Origin: a candidate division FCPU426 bacterium
Lineage (GTDB): Bacteria > Oederibacteriota > PGYV01 > Palsa-1178
Length of the DNA: 64,000 bases
Direction: 5' to 3'
Assembly: GCA_963840035.1 (NCBI GenBank)
Contig: CAWIXE010000001.1
Span: 160,001 to 224,000 of the forward strand
Part shown: positions 49,351 to 58,628 of the stretch, in pieces
How the letters are laid out: the number at the start of each line of letters is the position of its first letter
Position numbering within the stretch: the stretch's first letter is position 1
Position numbers and translations under genes: made by a program
The notes under the pieces: generated by a model
Told to the model about the DNA's origin: nothing
The model's input: only the letters and a program-made list of their open reading frames with translations
The model's database searches: none

Positions 49351-49949
49351 ATTATCGCCTCCAGCACCGGTTTTACCAGCCTGTCAACCCTGCATATTTT
49401 CGCGTATTTAAGTATTTCCGCCGGTTTTATCCCTTTATCCAGTACGGCTGTTTTAAGCGCCGCCCTTGCCGTGTCCTCTCCTATCTTGTTCCTGAATTTA
49501 TAACAATCCGCGACTGTTTTCGCAAGGCTGTATATCCGTATTTTCCGGCCGTCAATATCATGCTCCTCGATCCCCGCTCCCCAAGCCGCGGGTGAAAATC
49601 TGTAAAATTTTACGGGAGGGTGCTTAATTTTTATCGAAAACGCGCTTTTTTTTATCGCCACATCCACATGCGCCGGAACATCAAGCGTTGCCTCGTAATA
49701 ATACAGCGCCGATATGAGGCATATTACACCGTCCGGCGCTTTAATAGAGACTATGGTAAGATCGGGATTTGTAAGCGTATTTTTTCCGGGCAGGCTGTAC
49801 AGGGCTCTGTCACTTTTCTTAATCTGTTTATTTTTTATCCCGGACCTTATATATGATTTATCAAACCCGGCTTTTATTATCTCCGCATATCCGGCAACAC
49901 CGCCTTTTTCTCTTATAAATTTAATCAGCCTTGCTTCTTTATCGCTCAT
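49347..49949 (-). CDS. abiEi: AbiEi-family antitoxin
   Basis: GVICLISAL, YSLAKTVADCYKFRNKIG. 4-nt overlap with the toxin. Confidence 0.9.
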   Translation of the reverse strand: MSDKEARLIKFIREKGGVAGYAEIIKAGFDKSYIRSGIKNKQIKKSDRALYSLPGKNTLTNPDLTIVSIKAPDGVICLISALYYYEATLDVPAHVDVAIKKSAFSIKIKHPPVKFYRFSPAAWGAGIEEHDIDGRKIRIYSLAKTVADCYKFRNKIGEDTARAALKTAVLDKGIKPAEILKYAKICRVDRLVKPVLEAIM

Positions 49950-49967
49950 TTCACTTTTCCCCTTTTT

Positions 49968-49993
49968 CTATATAGTTATATATAAGTATATAG
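49968..49993. promoter_or_regulatory. Possible AbiEi operator
   Basis: Near-palindrome ctatatagttatatataagtatatag upstream of abiEi. Confidence 0.45.
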
Positions 49994-50134
49994 TTTTAGG
50001 TTGTGTTTGTCAAGCCTATCTATGCCGTCTCGTAGAGCCGCCACCGTTCGATACGCATATATCGTGAGTTTATTATAGAGTTCACGGCATATGCAATCAG
50101 CGGCTCTACAAAATCATAAATACACCTTTTGTAT

Positions 50135-50941
50135 TTACCGCCTGATTTTCCGCAGCGTAAAGGGCTCGCCGGGCGCCAGCACGCGCGCGCGTTTTGGATT
50201 TATGATACGCTTGATTAATTCTTTTGGGTCGCCGTTAAACGGCGTGAAGTCCGGCGCGTCTACAGATCCCCAGTGGCAGAGCAATAGCGGAGTATCGGGG
50301 TAATTGTCAGCCAGCTTGATTGCTCCTTCGAGCCCAAAATGCCATTCATTATCCGAAAAATCAAAAAAGATGGCGTCAGGCGCCCGCATCTCCAGGTGTT
50401 CCCGCATCAGGCGCGAATCCCCCGTCGCCCAGATAACGCCGTCCGGCGTCTCTATCAGGAACCCGCAGGCATCCCCGGCCCCAAAAAATCTTTTACTTCC
50501 GGAGGATTCATTCTGCCAGGCATGATCCGCCGGCGTCAGCCTGACGCCGACATTTTTTATATTGAAAACCCCGCCAATTTCATGGCCGTATGAAGGCAGA
50601 TTTTCACCATTCATAAGCGAATCCACATATAAGGTGGAGTGATATTCGCGGGTTACGGATGAGAGTTTTTTGCATGTAGGGATGCTATAGTGGTCGTTAT
50701 CGCTGTGGGTAATAAGGACAGCATCAAGCCCGGGTACATCCTCGGCCTTAATCGGCGGGTCAATTAATAGCGGCATGTCAAACCCGGTCAACACCGGGTC
50801 AACCATCAGCCGTGTCCCGCGGCTGTTAATAAAAAACCCGGCAAGCCCAAGCCAGCGTATCACAGTGCCGTCGCCTGCGCTGAATGCGTTTGCGTCAAAA
50901 AATCGGGATGAAGGAGCTTTAGCCTGACGTTTTTTTTTCAT
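50135..50941 (-). CDS. MBL-fold metallo-hydrolase (UlaG-like)
   Basis: ITHSDNDH, ADH, TGDS, CHWG. Confidence 0.9.
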   Translation of the reverse strand: MKKKRQAKAPSSRFFDANAFSAGDGTVIRWLGLAGFFINSRGTRLMVDPVLTGFDMPLLIDPPIKAEDVPGLDAVLITHSDNDHYSIPTCKKLSSVTREYHSTLYVDSLMNGENLPSYGHEIGGVFNIKNVGVRLTPADHAWQNESSGSKRFFGAGDACGFLIETPDGVIWATGDSRLMREHLEMRAPDAIFFDFSDNEWHFGLEGAIKLADNYPDTPLLLCHWGSVDAPDFTPFNGDPKELIKRIINPKRARVLAPGEPFTLRKIRR

Positions 50942-51069
50942 AGTTTTTATCCTATCCCATCGGAATTGGTATCAGACATTGGGTTAATTCACGATTCTAT
51001 TAACTCGGGGTCTGGTGCATTTTTATTTTTTGTAGAGACACAGCTTGCTGTGTCTCGCCTTCATTTTAA

Positions 51070-51251
51070 GTAGTCGCAGGCCTACGCTCCACCGGCCTGC
51101 GCCTATTTAAGGCCTTCTTACCCTCAAACCATCGGCAGTCCCCTCGAGGGCGTGTCAATGGTTCGCGCGCAGGCAATCCGTGAATAGGCGCACCCCGGTA
51201 CTGCGAATCCGTCTTCGCTAAAGCTTCGACGGACATATGGGGTGCGGCTAC
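51070..51251. repeat. Composite dispersed repeat, copy E
   Basis: First ~110 nt identical to copy F. Confidence 0.92.
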
Positions 51252-51362
51252 GAAATTCATCAGGTATCAGGTCAAGACCTGACCCCATCTTTTGCTTATG
51301 AAGATTATTATACCCCTTTAGGGAAAGGGGATCAAAGTTAAACTGCGCGCCCGTAATTACCG

Positions 51363-51782
51363 CTATTTCCTGTTTTCCAGTATCGCAGATAGTATTACAT
51401 AAGCTTCCTTTGTATCTTCAACAATCTTATGCGCGTCATTTGGCTTTACAAGGCGTTCCTCATATTCCGCCATGTTTTTAATTCTGAGCACGGCGGCGTA
51501 TTTTTTTGATATTTTGTCAGCTGTGTCCCTTCCAATTCCATTCACCATATTTATAAGTTTCACCGCGTCTTCATGCCGTTCCCCGGAATGCCTGAGCCCG
51601 AGTTTTGCCGTGGTTAATGCGTCCACAAGCGATATAAAACAATGCACCGCATTTGAAGCGGCGCTGTTATAATCTTTTTCAACCATGGAATGTTCGGCGG
51701 ATTTGATGAATTCAGAGGCCTTTTTCAGGTAATTGCCGGACAGCATTTTATCGACCGGTTTCGTATTTATTTTATTTGTCAT
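51363..51782 (-). CDS. HEPN-domain protein
   Basis: YLKKASEF...AASNAVH...RHSGERH...KNMAEYE. Lies downstream of an MNT gene. Confidence 0.8.
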   Translation of the reverse strand: MTNKINTKPVDKMLSGNYLKKASEFIKSAEHSMVEKDYNSAASNAVHCFISLVDALTTAKLGLRHSGERHEDAVKLINMVNGIGRDTADKISKKYAAVLRIKNMAEYEERLVKPNDAHKIVEDTKEAYVILSAILENRK

Positions 51783-51805
51783 CTTCCCCCCCTATATTTT
51801 AAGCC

Positions 51806-52393
51806 TTAAATAATTACTATTCCCTTTTCAGCCTCAGCCACAACCGCCAGCTTATTCCTTTTTGAACCGTATTCCTTCACGGTTAGTATATAAGGCGCTA
51901 GCTGGTTTCCGAAAATCTTCACGCATTCCAGCCCCGCGTCCCCGAGTGACTTATCCAGGGCTTCTTTTGCCGCTTCATCCTTCACAACCACAAAAAGGTC
52001 TATATCACTGTCGGGTTTTTCCTTTGCCTTTGATACGGATCCGAAAATTCGGGCACTGACGATGCCGGGTGACTTTAGCCTTTTTATGAGGAATTTTTTA
52101 AGGTCATTCATCGGTTCGATCGCGGTTATATCGCTTATTACCGGCTTTAGTTTGCCGTAAAGGTAGCTTTCCTCATTCGCCGACCAGGAAAAGGTCCGTC
52201 CGTATCTTCTTAACTTCACAAGGTTTATATTATAAAAATACTTCATATTCCGGTTCACCGACATATGCGACAGCCCGGTCATGCGCGCCAGCTCCCGCCC
52301 GTTAGCCTCAAACCCGGGAGAAAACAGGTGTTTAAGAATCCTGAGCTTAACCTCCGACCCTATCATCTTTTCATAATCTTCATTAAACCGCAT
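51806..52393 (-). CDS. wHTH plus minimal nucleotidyltransferase (MNT)
   Basis: RELARMTGLSHMSV HTH, FGSVSKAKEKPDSDIDLFVV (GSx10DxD). Confidence 0.88.
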   Translation of the reverse strand: MRFNEDYEKMIGSEVKLRILKHLFSPGFEANGRELARMTGLSHMSVNRNMKYFYNINLVKLRRYGRTFSWSANEESYLYGKLKPVISDITAIEPMNDLKKFLIKRLKSPGIVSARIFGSVSKAKEKPDSDIDLFVVVKDEAAKEALDKSLGDAGLECVKIFGNQLAPYILTVKEYGSKRNKLAVVAEAEKGIVII

Positions 52394-52416
52394 GCGCAGC
52401 TCCTTTATATTACCTC

Positions 52417-52438
52417 ATTTGTTACAATTGTAACAAAT
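52417..52438. promoter_or_regulatory. Probable operator of the wHTH-MNT/HEPN operon
   Basis: Perfect 22-bp palindrome atttgttacaattgtaacaaat just upstream of the start codon. Confidence 0.7.
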
Positions 52439-52628
52439 ATGTTCCATAAAGTAAACAATATTCTTGAACCATCAGGTTTCAGGTCAAGACCTGGCACCAT
52501 CTTTTTTAATGAATGCTCTATATTTTATTCGTATTTTTTATGCAGGCCCCGCCCTGAGACGCCCACGGGCCGTGCCATGAACCCTTGTGGTTCATGGTGG
52601 CGTCTCCACAAAAACACAAACGGTTTAA

Positions 52629-52779
52629 GTAGTCGCAGGCCTACGCTCCACCGGCCTGCGCCTATTTAAGGCCTTCTTACCCTCAAACCATCGGCAGTCC
52701 CCTCGAGGGCGTGTCAATGGTTCGCGCGCAGGCATTCGTTCCATAGGCGCACCCCGGTGAAACGAAGGGGTGCGACTAC
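52629..52779. repeat. Composite dispersed repeat, copy F (no inserts)
   Basis: Reads acgaa|ggggtgcgactac directly, without the ~31-nt insert. Confidence 0.92.
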
Positions 52780-52835
52780 GATATTCATCAGGTATAAGGT
52801 CAAGACCTGACCCCGTTTTTTTTAATCAATCGTTT

Positions 52836-54068
52836 TTAAAACCTCATCGTATATTCCACATTTACCGGCAGGTATCCGGTTTCTGTCCAGAAGTCAGGGT
52901 AGGTTGACTGGCGGTTGAACGCATGATAGTACGACACTGCGCCCGAATATTTGAATTCCACGTCGAGCATCATGTCCTGCCCGAAATTTACGCCAAAACC
53001 CAGCCTTAATGAGGCGGCGTCAAAAAGCGTGACCGTGTTTGTCTCGGTTGAGCCTTCGATATCGAATATATGCGTGCTGGTTAAGCTGTTCTGACGCTCA
53101 TAAATGTACGCCAGCGGCGTGTAGGCGCCCCTTATGGTGAACCAGTCTGCAAAGAGCTTTGTCTCAAAGCCGGCCTGCAGATATAGATTATTTTTCCTTA
53201 TTTCGGCATTGGTCTCGATAATGCTTCCCGGGACCGCGCTGCCGGTCCTGTTGGACATGATTATGTCCCAGTCATCGTGAAGGGATATAAAATAGCTTAT
53301 GGAATTAAAGCCCCCGCAGTATGACGCGGACGCCCTGTTATACGCGGCATACATGCCGAAGAACCCGCTGTCGAACGGGTTGACAGGCAGGTCTACCACC
53401 GGGTTTATTTTTACAAAACCGCCGTTTGTGTCATTTATGAACCTTATCACGGAATCGCCGCCAATTTTTATTTCACCCAGCAGACTGAGCATGAAGTCGC
53501 CGTTTTCCAGGCCGCTGAACGTGTTAGCCGCGCTTAATACCGCGCCAAAGTCCATGCCGTCCATGGAGTAATTGACACCCAGCCGGACCCTGCCCGCCCC
53601 GCCCCTGGATGGCGACGTGGAATCGGCGTGTGTCGTGATATTCAGGTCGATCCCGGCTGAAAGTTTATCCCCTAACTTCATCCCGAAGACCGGCGTTATG
53701 TAGTTATCGAGCATATATGTTCCATCCGAGTAATCGCTGGACATTACGGTATATGACGCCCTGTATATAAGCCCCGCGCCCATGCCGCCGAAATTTCCCA
53801 TGTATGCCGCTTTGGGGACGAATGTCCAGGTAGTGGAGTCTGCCGCGCCTATTTCAGTCTGTTTGAAAAGAAAATTATCAACCCCTCCCGCGAATATGGC
53901 CTTCCCTATGAAATTAACGCGCGCCGGATTCGCGATAACGTCCATGTAAGCATCCGGCACAAGCCATGCGCTACCGAGCTGGCTGACGCGTATTTCAGAA
54001 GCACTGACCGCCGCGGTAAAAATAAAAATCAGCGCAAGAACCGTCCAAACAATAAAATTTTTCTTCAT
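52836..54068 (-). CDS. Outer-membrane beta-barrel protein
   Basis: Signal peptide, NPA motif near the N-terminus, amphipathic strands, C-terminal YTMRF. Confidence 0.7.
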   Translation of the reverse strand: MKKNFIVWTVLALIFIFTAAVSASEIRVSQLGSAWLVPDAYMDVIANPARVNFIGKAIFAGGVDNFLFKQTEIGAADSTTWTFVPKAAYMGNFGGMGAGLIYRASYTVMSSDYSDGTYMLDNYITPVFGMKLGDKLSAGIDLNITTHADSTSPSRGGAGRVRLGVNYSMDGMDFGAVLSAANTFSGLENGDFMLSLLGEIKIGGDSVIRFINDTNGGFVKINPVVDLPVNPFDSGFFGMYAAYNRASASYCGGFNSISYFISLHDDWDIIMSNRTGSAVPGSIIETNAEIRKNNLYLQAGFETKLFADWFTIRGAYTPLAYIYERQNSLTSTHIFDIEGSTETNTVTLFDAASLRLGFGVNFGQDMMLDVEFKYSGAVSYYHAFNRQSTYPDFWTETGYLPVNVEYTMRF

Positions 54069-54127
54069 TTTTCATCCCCTTTGTATTTTAATATTTCAAA
54101 AACCTTTTCTGTTCTTTGCAGGATTTC

Positions 54128-54312
54128 GTAGCCGCAGGCCTACGCCCCACCGGCCTGCGCCTATTTAAGGCCTTCCTACCCTCAAACCACCGACAGTCCC
54201 CTCGAGTGTGTGTCAATGGTTTGCGCGCCCGTGCAAACGCTGAATAGGCGCACCCCGATACAACGAATCCGTCTTCGCTAAAGCTTCGACGGACATATGG
54301 GGGTGCGACTAC
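54128..54312. repeat. Composite dispersed repeat, copy G
   Basis: Same core. Its terminal ctac overlaps the stop codon of 54309-55562. Confidence 0.92.
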
Positions 54313-55562
54313 TTAATATCATAGACCTTTCCCAGCTCTTCGACTTTTTTCAGTTCATCCGTCCTTGCCTGTGTCAGCCAGCTTTTCCACATGGTCTCTT
54401 TCGTGCCCGGTGATAGGGCGGTAAAAAGATCCGCGCATTTATCCCTATATGGCTCCCATGTTTTTTGCACGCTTTTGATTGTTGTGTCATCTATAAGAAA
54501 TTTCATGCCGTCGATAGGTTTTGCTTTTACGGCCGCTGTAAGCGCAGCCAGTTTCTCTTCCATTTCTTTTTCAGAAAATGAAATTTCTTTTACACCTTCC
54601 GGCACAAAACCCTTTCTTATTTTTTCTAACAGATCAAAAAATGCGGTTTCCTGCTCAAACTTGGAATTCTCCTCCCAAGCGTGGTACCCCGAGCCGTCAT
54701 GCCCTTCCTCTTTTTCCGCTTTCTCCGATATGTAGGCTCTTGCTGCCTCGTAGGCCGCGGCAGCCAGGCTTCCGGTAGTTTTATCAAGGCCCGCGGCAAA
54801 TGTATTCAGCCTCTTTTTAAAATCCTTTTTTGAGACTTCCGCGGCCCTTTGTGAACACAGGGTCAATCCCGCGCCGCTTCCGGCATAGTCGCAAATATCA
54901 AACACTTTAACCACTCCGCCCTTCCAGTAGCCATAGAAATCACGCACCGCGCCGATAAACTCCGCAGGCACAAACCCGCCCCTGGAGATAAGCAGAAATG
55001 TCAGTTTCGGATCAGGTTTTCCGAACCGCCCGCCCTTTGATGCCTCTTCGGCAATCTTCCAAACACAATAAAACCCGTTAAGTTCGTCTTTTTTTATGCC
55101 ATATTTTTTTATAAAAGCCTCACCGTCAAAAGGCCCGGCTTCCACGCATTTCTTTATGGTATCAAGCTGCGCAGCCATATCAAATAACTCAATGCGGGGA
55201 TTAGCCTTCAATGCCGCGTTAAATATATCCAGCGCTTTCTGAGGGTCGGCAGCAGTCAGGCTGTCTGCCCTGAAAAGCAGCCCGTCAAGCGCATATCCCA
55301 GGGCTTCAGAATGGCCTCGTTTCGCAGCCTCTGAAAAATGATAAACACCTTCCTGCTCAGGTACTACATATTTGTAGGCAAGCGCAAAATGAGCGTCAGC
55401 ATTACCCAATTCTGCGGCTTTTAAATAAAGCGCCTTAGCCCCGGATTCATTACCCGCTTTGAAAAGTTTATCCGCGTCAGCAACAGTTTTAGCGCCGGGT
55501 TTAGCGGAACAGGATAGTAAGAACAAACACAAAAGAGCTATAATAAACCGCTCAATTTTCAT
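54309..55562 (-). CDS. Lipoprotein with Sel1-like repeats and LprI/DUF1311-like C-terminus
   Basis: LLSC lipobox, KAAELGNADAHFAL, QKTWEPYRDKC...LTQARTDEL. Confidence 0.75.
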   Translation of the reverse strand: MKIERFIIALLCLFLLSCSAKPGAKTVADADKLFKAGNESGAKALYLKAAELGNADAHFALAYKYVVPEQEGVYHFSEAAKRGHSEALGYALDGLLFRADSLTAADPQKALDIFNAALKANPRIELFDMAAQLDTIKKCVEAGPFDGEAFIKKYGIKKDELNGFYCVWKIAEEASKGGRFGKPDPKLTFLLISRGGFVPAEFIGAVRDFYGYWKGGVVKVFDICDYAGSGAGLTLCSQRAAEVSKKDFKKRLNTFAAGLDKTTGSLAAAAYEAARAYISEKAEKEEGHDGSGYHAWEENSKFEQETAFFDLLEKIRKGFVPEGVKEISFSEKEMEEKLAALTAAVKAKPIDGMKFLIDDTTIKSVQKTWEPYRDKCADLFTALSPGTKETMWKSWLTQARTDELKKVEELGKVYDIK

Positions 55563-55624
55563 TTTAACACATCCTTATTATAGAAATAGAATCATGAATC
55601 AGGCTCTGACGCTCTTTTTACTTT

Positions 55625-57460
55625 CTACCTCACTGCCTTTTCACTGTACTTAAATATCCTGCCTTCGCCAGCGATTATGAAGCCGTCTTCATAGTTCATC
55701 ATGGCCTGGTAGCTTCCCTTCAGCTGTTCCCTGTACACTATGCCGCCGGCGGATGTATATATGCTCAGTGACGACCTTGTGTATGATTTTTCCAGGAGCG
55801 CGAAGTATTCCTTGCCATACCTGCCGGTGAAAACAAGGCCCGCGCACTTGCGGTCGGCCCACCATTCATCGCTCCCGAGGTTTATGGCTATATGCCCCGA
55901 GTAATCAAGGACCTTGACGTTTTTTTCAGACGGCACCAGTATGAACCCCGCGCCTTTCCCGAACCACGCCGTGGGATAGAAGGTATAATCCTTTTCCACA
56001 AGCTCGGCGGTATTTATAGCCGTTCCGTTTGTTTCGCTCAGGACAAGTTTTCCGCTGTCGTTTTTATAAAGCAGCGCGTTTGTCTTCCCGTATCTGACTA
56101 TGTAAACCCTGCCTATGGCTTTGGCTTTTATGCTGTCATACTTAGCCCCGTCCGCGGTAAAAAAATCTATCCTGCCGTACTTCTCGTAATTTATGGCAAG
56201 CTCCTGCTTCCCGTCCCCGTTCAGGTCTCCCCATGAGGCAAAGGCTGTCGTGTCCGCATCATTCCTGACCGAGAACTTCTTCTTCCCTGATGCCGACATT
56301 ATCACGATGAATTTTTCACGGGTGGAATTTTTTATGAATTCCGGATAGCCGTCGTTATCTAGGTCGGTGATCAGCACCGGAAGGCACATTTTATCAAAAT
56401 ACGCGCTTATGGATTCTGTTTTCAATCCCTTGCTGATAAAATACGCGTGTTCGTTTGAGGTGAGCACCAGCGCTTCGTGTCCGGTGCCCTTGCCCACTAG
56501 TGCCATGTCAAATACCAGGTCCAGATACTCATCCTGCCATATCTGCTGCTTTTTGAACTTATCCCCGCCGGTTGACGCCCCGTAATCGCTGCACTCGGAT
56601 ATGACCTTGCTGGCCTGCGCGGGAAAACCCTTCTTTGAGTACAGATACCCTGCCGCGCCTGCCACAGAAGCGGCTACAGCGGCAACAGCTATAAGCACAA
56701 GGCATCCGACCCCGTAATTGGCCCCGGTTATCTTCTTTGCCGTATCACGGCTTTTTAAAACCGACATCCGGGCTTTCCGCAGCTCGGTATACATACCCGC
56801 CATAAATGTCATGATAGCTCCCTGCGCCGGGGCATAAAGCAGCAAAAGCCCGAGCTGTATAATAACCGCGGATTTTGAATGTATGGTTAAAAATAAGACT
56901 GCCTCAAATAAAACCATGGGAATAAATATGAGCCCGACAGCCTGGAGCATTTTGCCAAAATTGCCCTTTATTATTTCCAGGCTGAAAACGATAGGACGTG
57001 TCCCGTTTTTTTCGACCATGACAGCCATACCCACAAACATCATGGCGAACATAAAGTATAACCCGGGCAAAATCAAAAGTATCAACCCGCCAAGCATGAG
57101 CAGCCCGGCCAGCCCGCTTGACACAAAAAACTTGAATATCTTCCGTAATCCTTCCCTGAACACTAAGGCCAGGTCTATACCGTCCCCATTATATGCCAGA
57201 TAACATGCATAAGTCTGGACCGCCGCAAGGTATATTATAAGCGGAATAATCAGCAAATAAGCCGCAGGAAACCATCTGAGCCAAGAATAAGCCCCGGAAG
57301 CCCTGACAGCAAGGATGGCACCATAGGGGATGGATGAGATGATAAATATGAGAAGCGTAATGAAAAAAACCGGCAAAAAATTGTCCGCATATCGCGCCAT
57401 GCTTTGTTTTAATATCCTGGCAACACTTATCTTATTCTTCCCCGGCCTTTTATTTGGCAT
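55625..57460 (-). CDS. Multi-TM protein with C-terminal FG-GAP/VCBS-like propeller
   Basis: About 7 TM segments, then DLDNDGYPE and GDLNGDGKQE motifs. Confidence 0.72.
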   Translation of the reverse strand: MPNKRPGKNKISVARILKQSMARYADNFLPVFFITLLIFIISSIPYGAILAVRASGAYSWLRWFPAAYLLIIPLIIYLAAVQTYACYLAYNGDGIDLALVFREGLRKIFKFFVSSGLAGLLMLGGLILLILPGLYFMFAMMFVGMAVMVEKNGTRPIVFSLEIIKGNFGKMLQAVGLIFIPMVLFEAVLFLTIHSKSAVIIQLGLLLLYAPAQGAIMTFMAGMYTELRKARMSVLKSRDTAKKITGANYGVGCLVLIAVAAVAASVAGAAGYLYSKKGFPAQASKVISECSDYGASTGGDKFKKQQIWQDEYLDLVFDMALVGKGTGHEALVLTSNEHAYFISKGLKTESISAYFDKMCLPVLITDLDNDGYPEFIKNSTREKFIVIMSASGKKKFSVRNDADTTAFASWGDLNGDGKQELAINYEKYGRIDFFTADGAKYDSIKAKAIGRVYIVRYGKTNALLYKNDSGKLVLSETNGTAINTAELVEKDYTFYPTAWFGKGAGFILVPSEKNVKVLDYSGHIAINLGSDEWWADRKCAGLVFTGRYGKEYFALLEKSYTRSSLSIYTSAGGIVYREQLKGSYQAMMNYEDGFIIAGEGRIFKYSEKAVR

Positions 57461-57556
57461 AAATCCCCCTTGTTATAATTATACTCCCTCATAGGATCAT
57501 GAATCAGGCTCTGACCCATTTTTCACTTTTCTTCTTTCAAGCCCCGCCCCTGTATT

Positions 57557-58234
57557 TTATTTTGCCCACGCGTCAAACAAAACTCCGGCTTCGATGTAAA
57601 GCCCTGAAAAATCGCCGTTGTACACCCCAAGCCTTGCGAGTTTAAAGCCTGCAGTGACGTCTAAGCCTATGGATTTGTTGAACCAGTAATCATACCCCGC
57701 TTCCAGATATACGCAGTAGTATGCGTCGTTGAAATAATGTGAATGCGTTGATTGGTCAAATTTAATATTCCCGTTATTTATTATTTCATAACCCAACCTC
57801 GCTCCCGCATAAAACACGGCAGAGTATTTTTCACTCGGGACGCCGAAATAATATCTTGCGCCTGCGTATATATCATATTGGTTAAGGTTCGCGGTGTAGC
57901 CAACACCGTTACCCGCCATTCCATGCCTGCCATCAATCAAGTATCCCGCGCCGAGCATTGCTCCCCATCCGTTGGGGAAATACAGGCAATAATTCAAAGC
58001 TACCGGAAATACCGGCAGTACATAATCCAGGGACCAAACATCTGCTGTCATGTGCATTGTGTTTATCATACTTATTAACCCGTCGCCCGTCGGTAACATG
58101 GCCCCGGCTTTGATTTCAAACCAGCCTTTTCCCGAATCCCCGCCAACCCCCGCTGCTGACATCATGAAAGTACAAATAAGCATAACAACAGCAATCTTTA
58201 TTATTTTTCTTTGTCCCATTTTACCCCTTTCCAT
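57557..58234 (-). CDS. Small outer-membrane beta-barrel protein
   Basis: Signal peptide, GARYYF, FYAGARLGY, EAGYDYWF, GLYIEAGVLF strands. Confidence 0.7.
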   Translation of the reverse strand: MERGKMGQRKIIKIAVVMLICTFMMSAAGVGGDSGKGWFEIKAGAMLPTGDGLISMINTMHMTADVWSLDYVLPVFPVALNYCLYFPNGWGAMLGAGYLIDGRHGMAGNGVGYTANLNQYDIYAGARYYFGVPSEKYSAVFYAGARLGYEIINNGNIKFDQSTHSHYFNDAYYCVYLEAGYDYWFNKSIGLDVTAGFKLARLGVYNGDFSGLYIEAGVLFDAWAK

Positions 58235-58320
58235 CAGCCCCCCTAATTACAGACTGTTACCAGACCTCGAGTTTATAATCCCGCTTTATCAGCAGGGTAG
58301 AACACAGGCATTAGAATCAC

Positions 58321-58470
58321 AACACCGCGCCTTGACTCAAGACATTATAACAAAAACACCATTATTTTATTAGCGTTTTGCTTATAACTGCGTATTTGTA
58401 AACAAATACTGTATGTTCTATATTTTATTGGCGTTTATTCTTATAATGCCTTGAGTCAAGGCACGGTGTT
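58321..58470. repeat. 150-bp element with long terminal inverted repeats
   Basis: aacaccgcgccttgactcaagacattataac vs reverse complement of the other end aacaccgtgccttgactcaaggcattataag. Confidence 0.75.
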
Positions 58471-58489
58471 GGGATCCTAGGTATTCACT

Positions 58490-58588
58490 CCCTCAACCGC
58501 CGACAGCCCCCTCGAGGGTGTATCAATAGTTCGCGCACAGGCAATCCGTGAATAGGCGCACCCCGATACAGCGAAGGGGTGCGACTAC
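58490..58588. repeat. Composite dispersed repeat, copy H (left end missing, no insert)
   Basis: ccctcaaccgccgacagccccctcgagggtg...ataggcgcacccc...ggggtgcgactac. Confidence 0.85.
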
Positions 58589-58628
58589 GGAATTCATCAG
58601 GTAACAGGTCAAGCCCTGAGCCCGTTTT

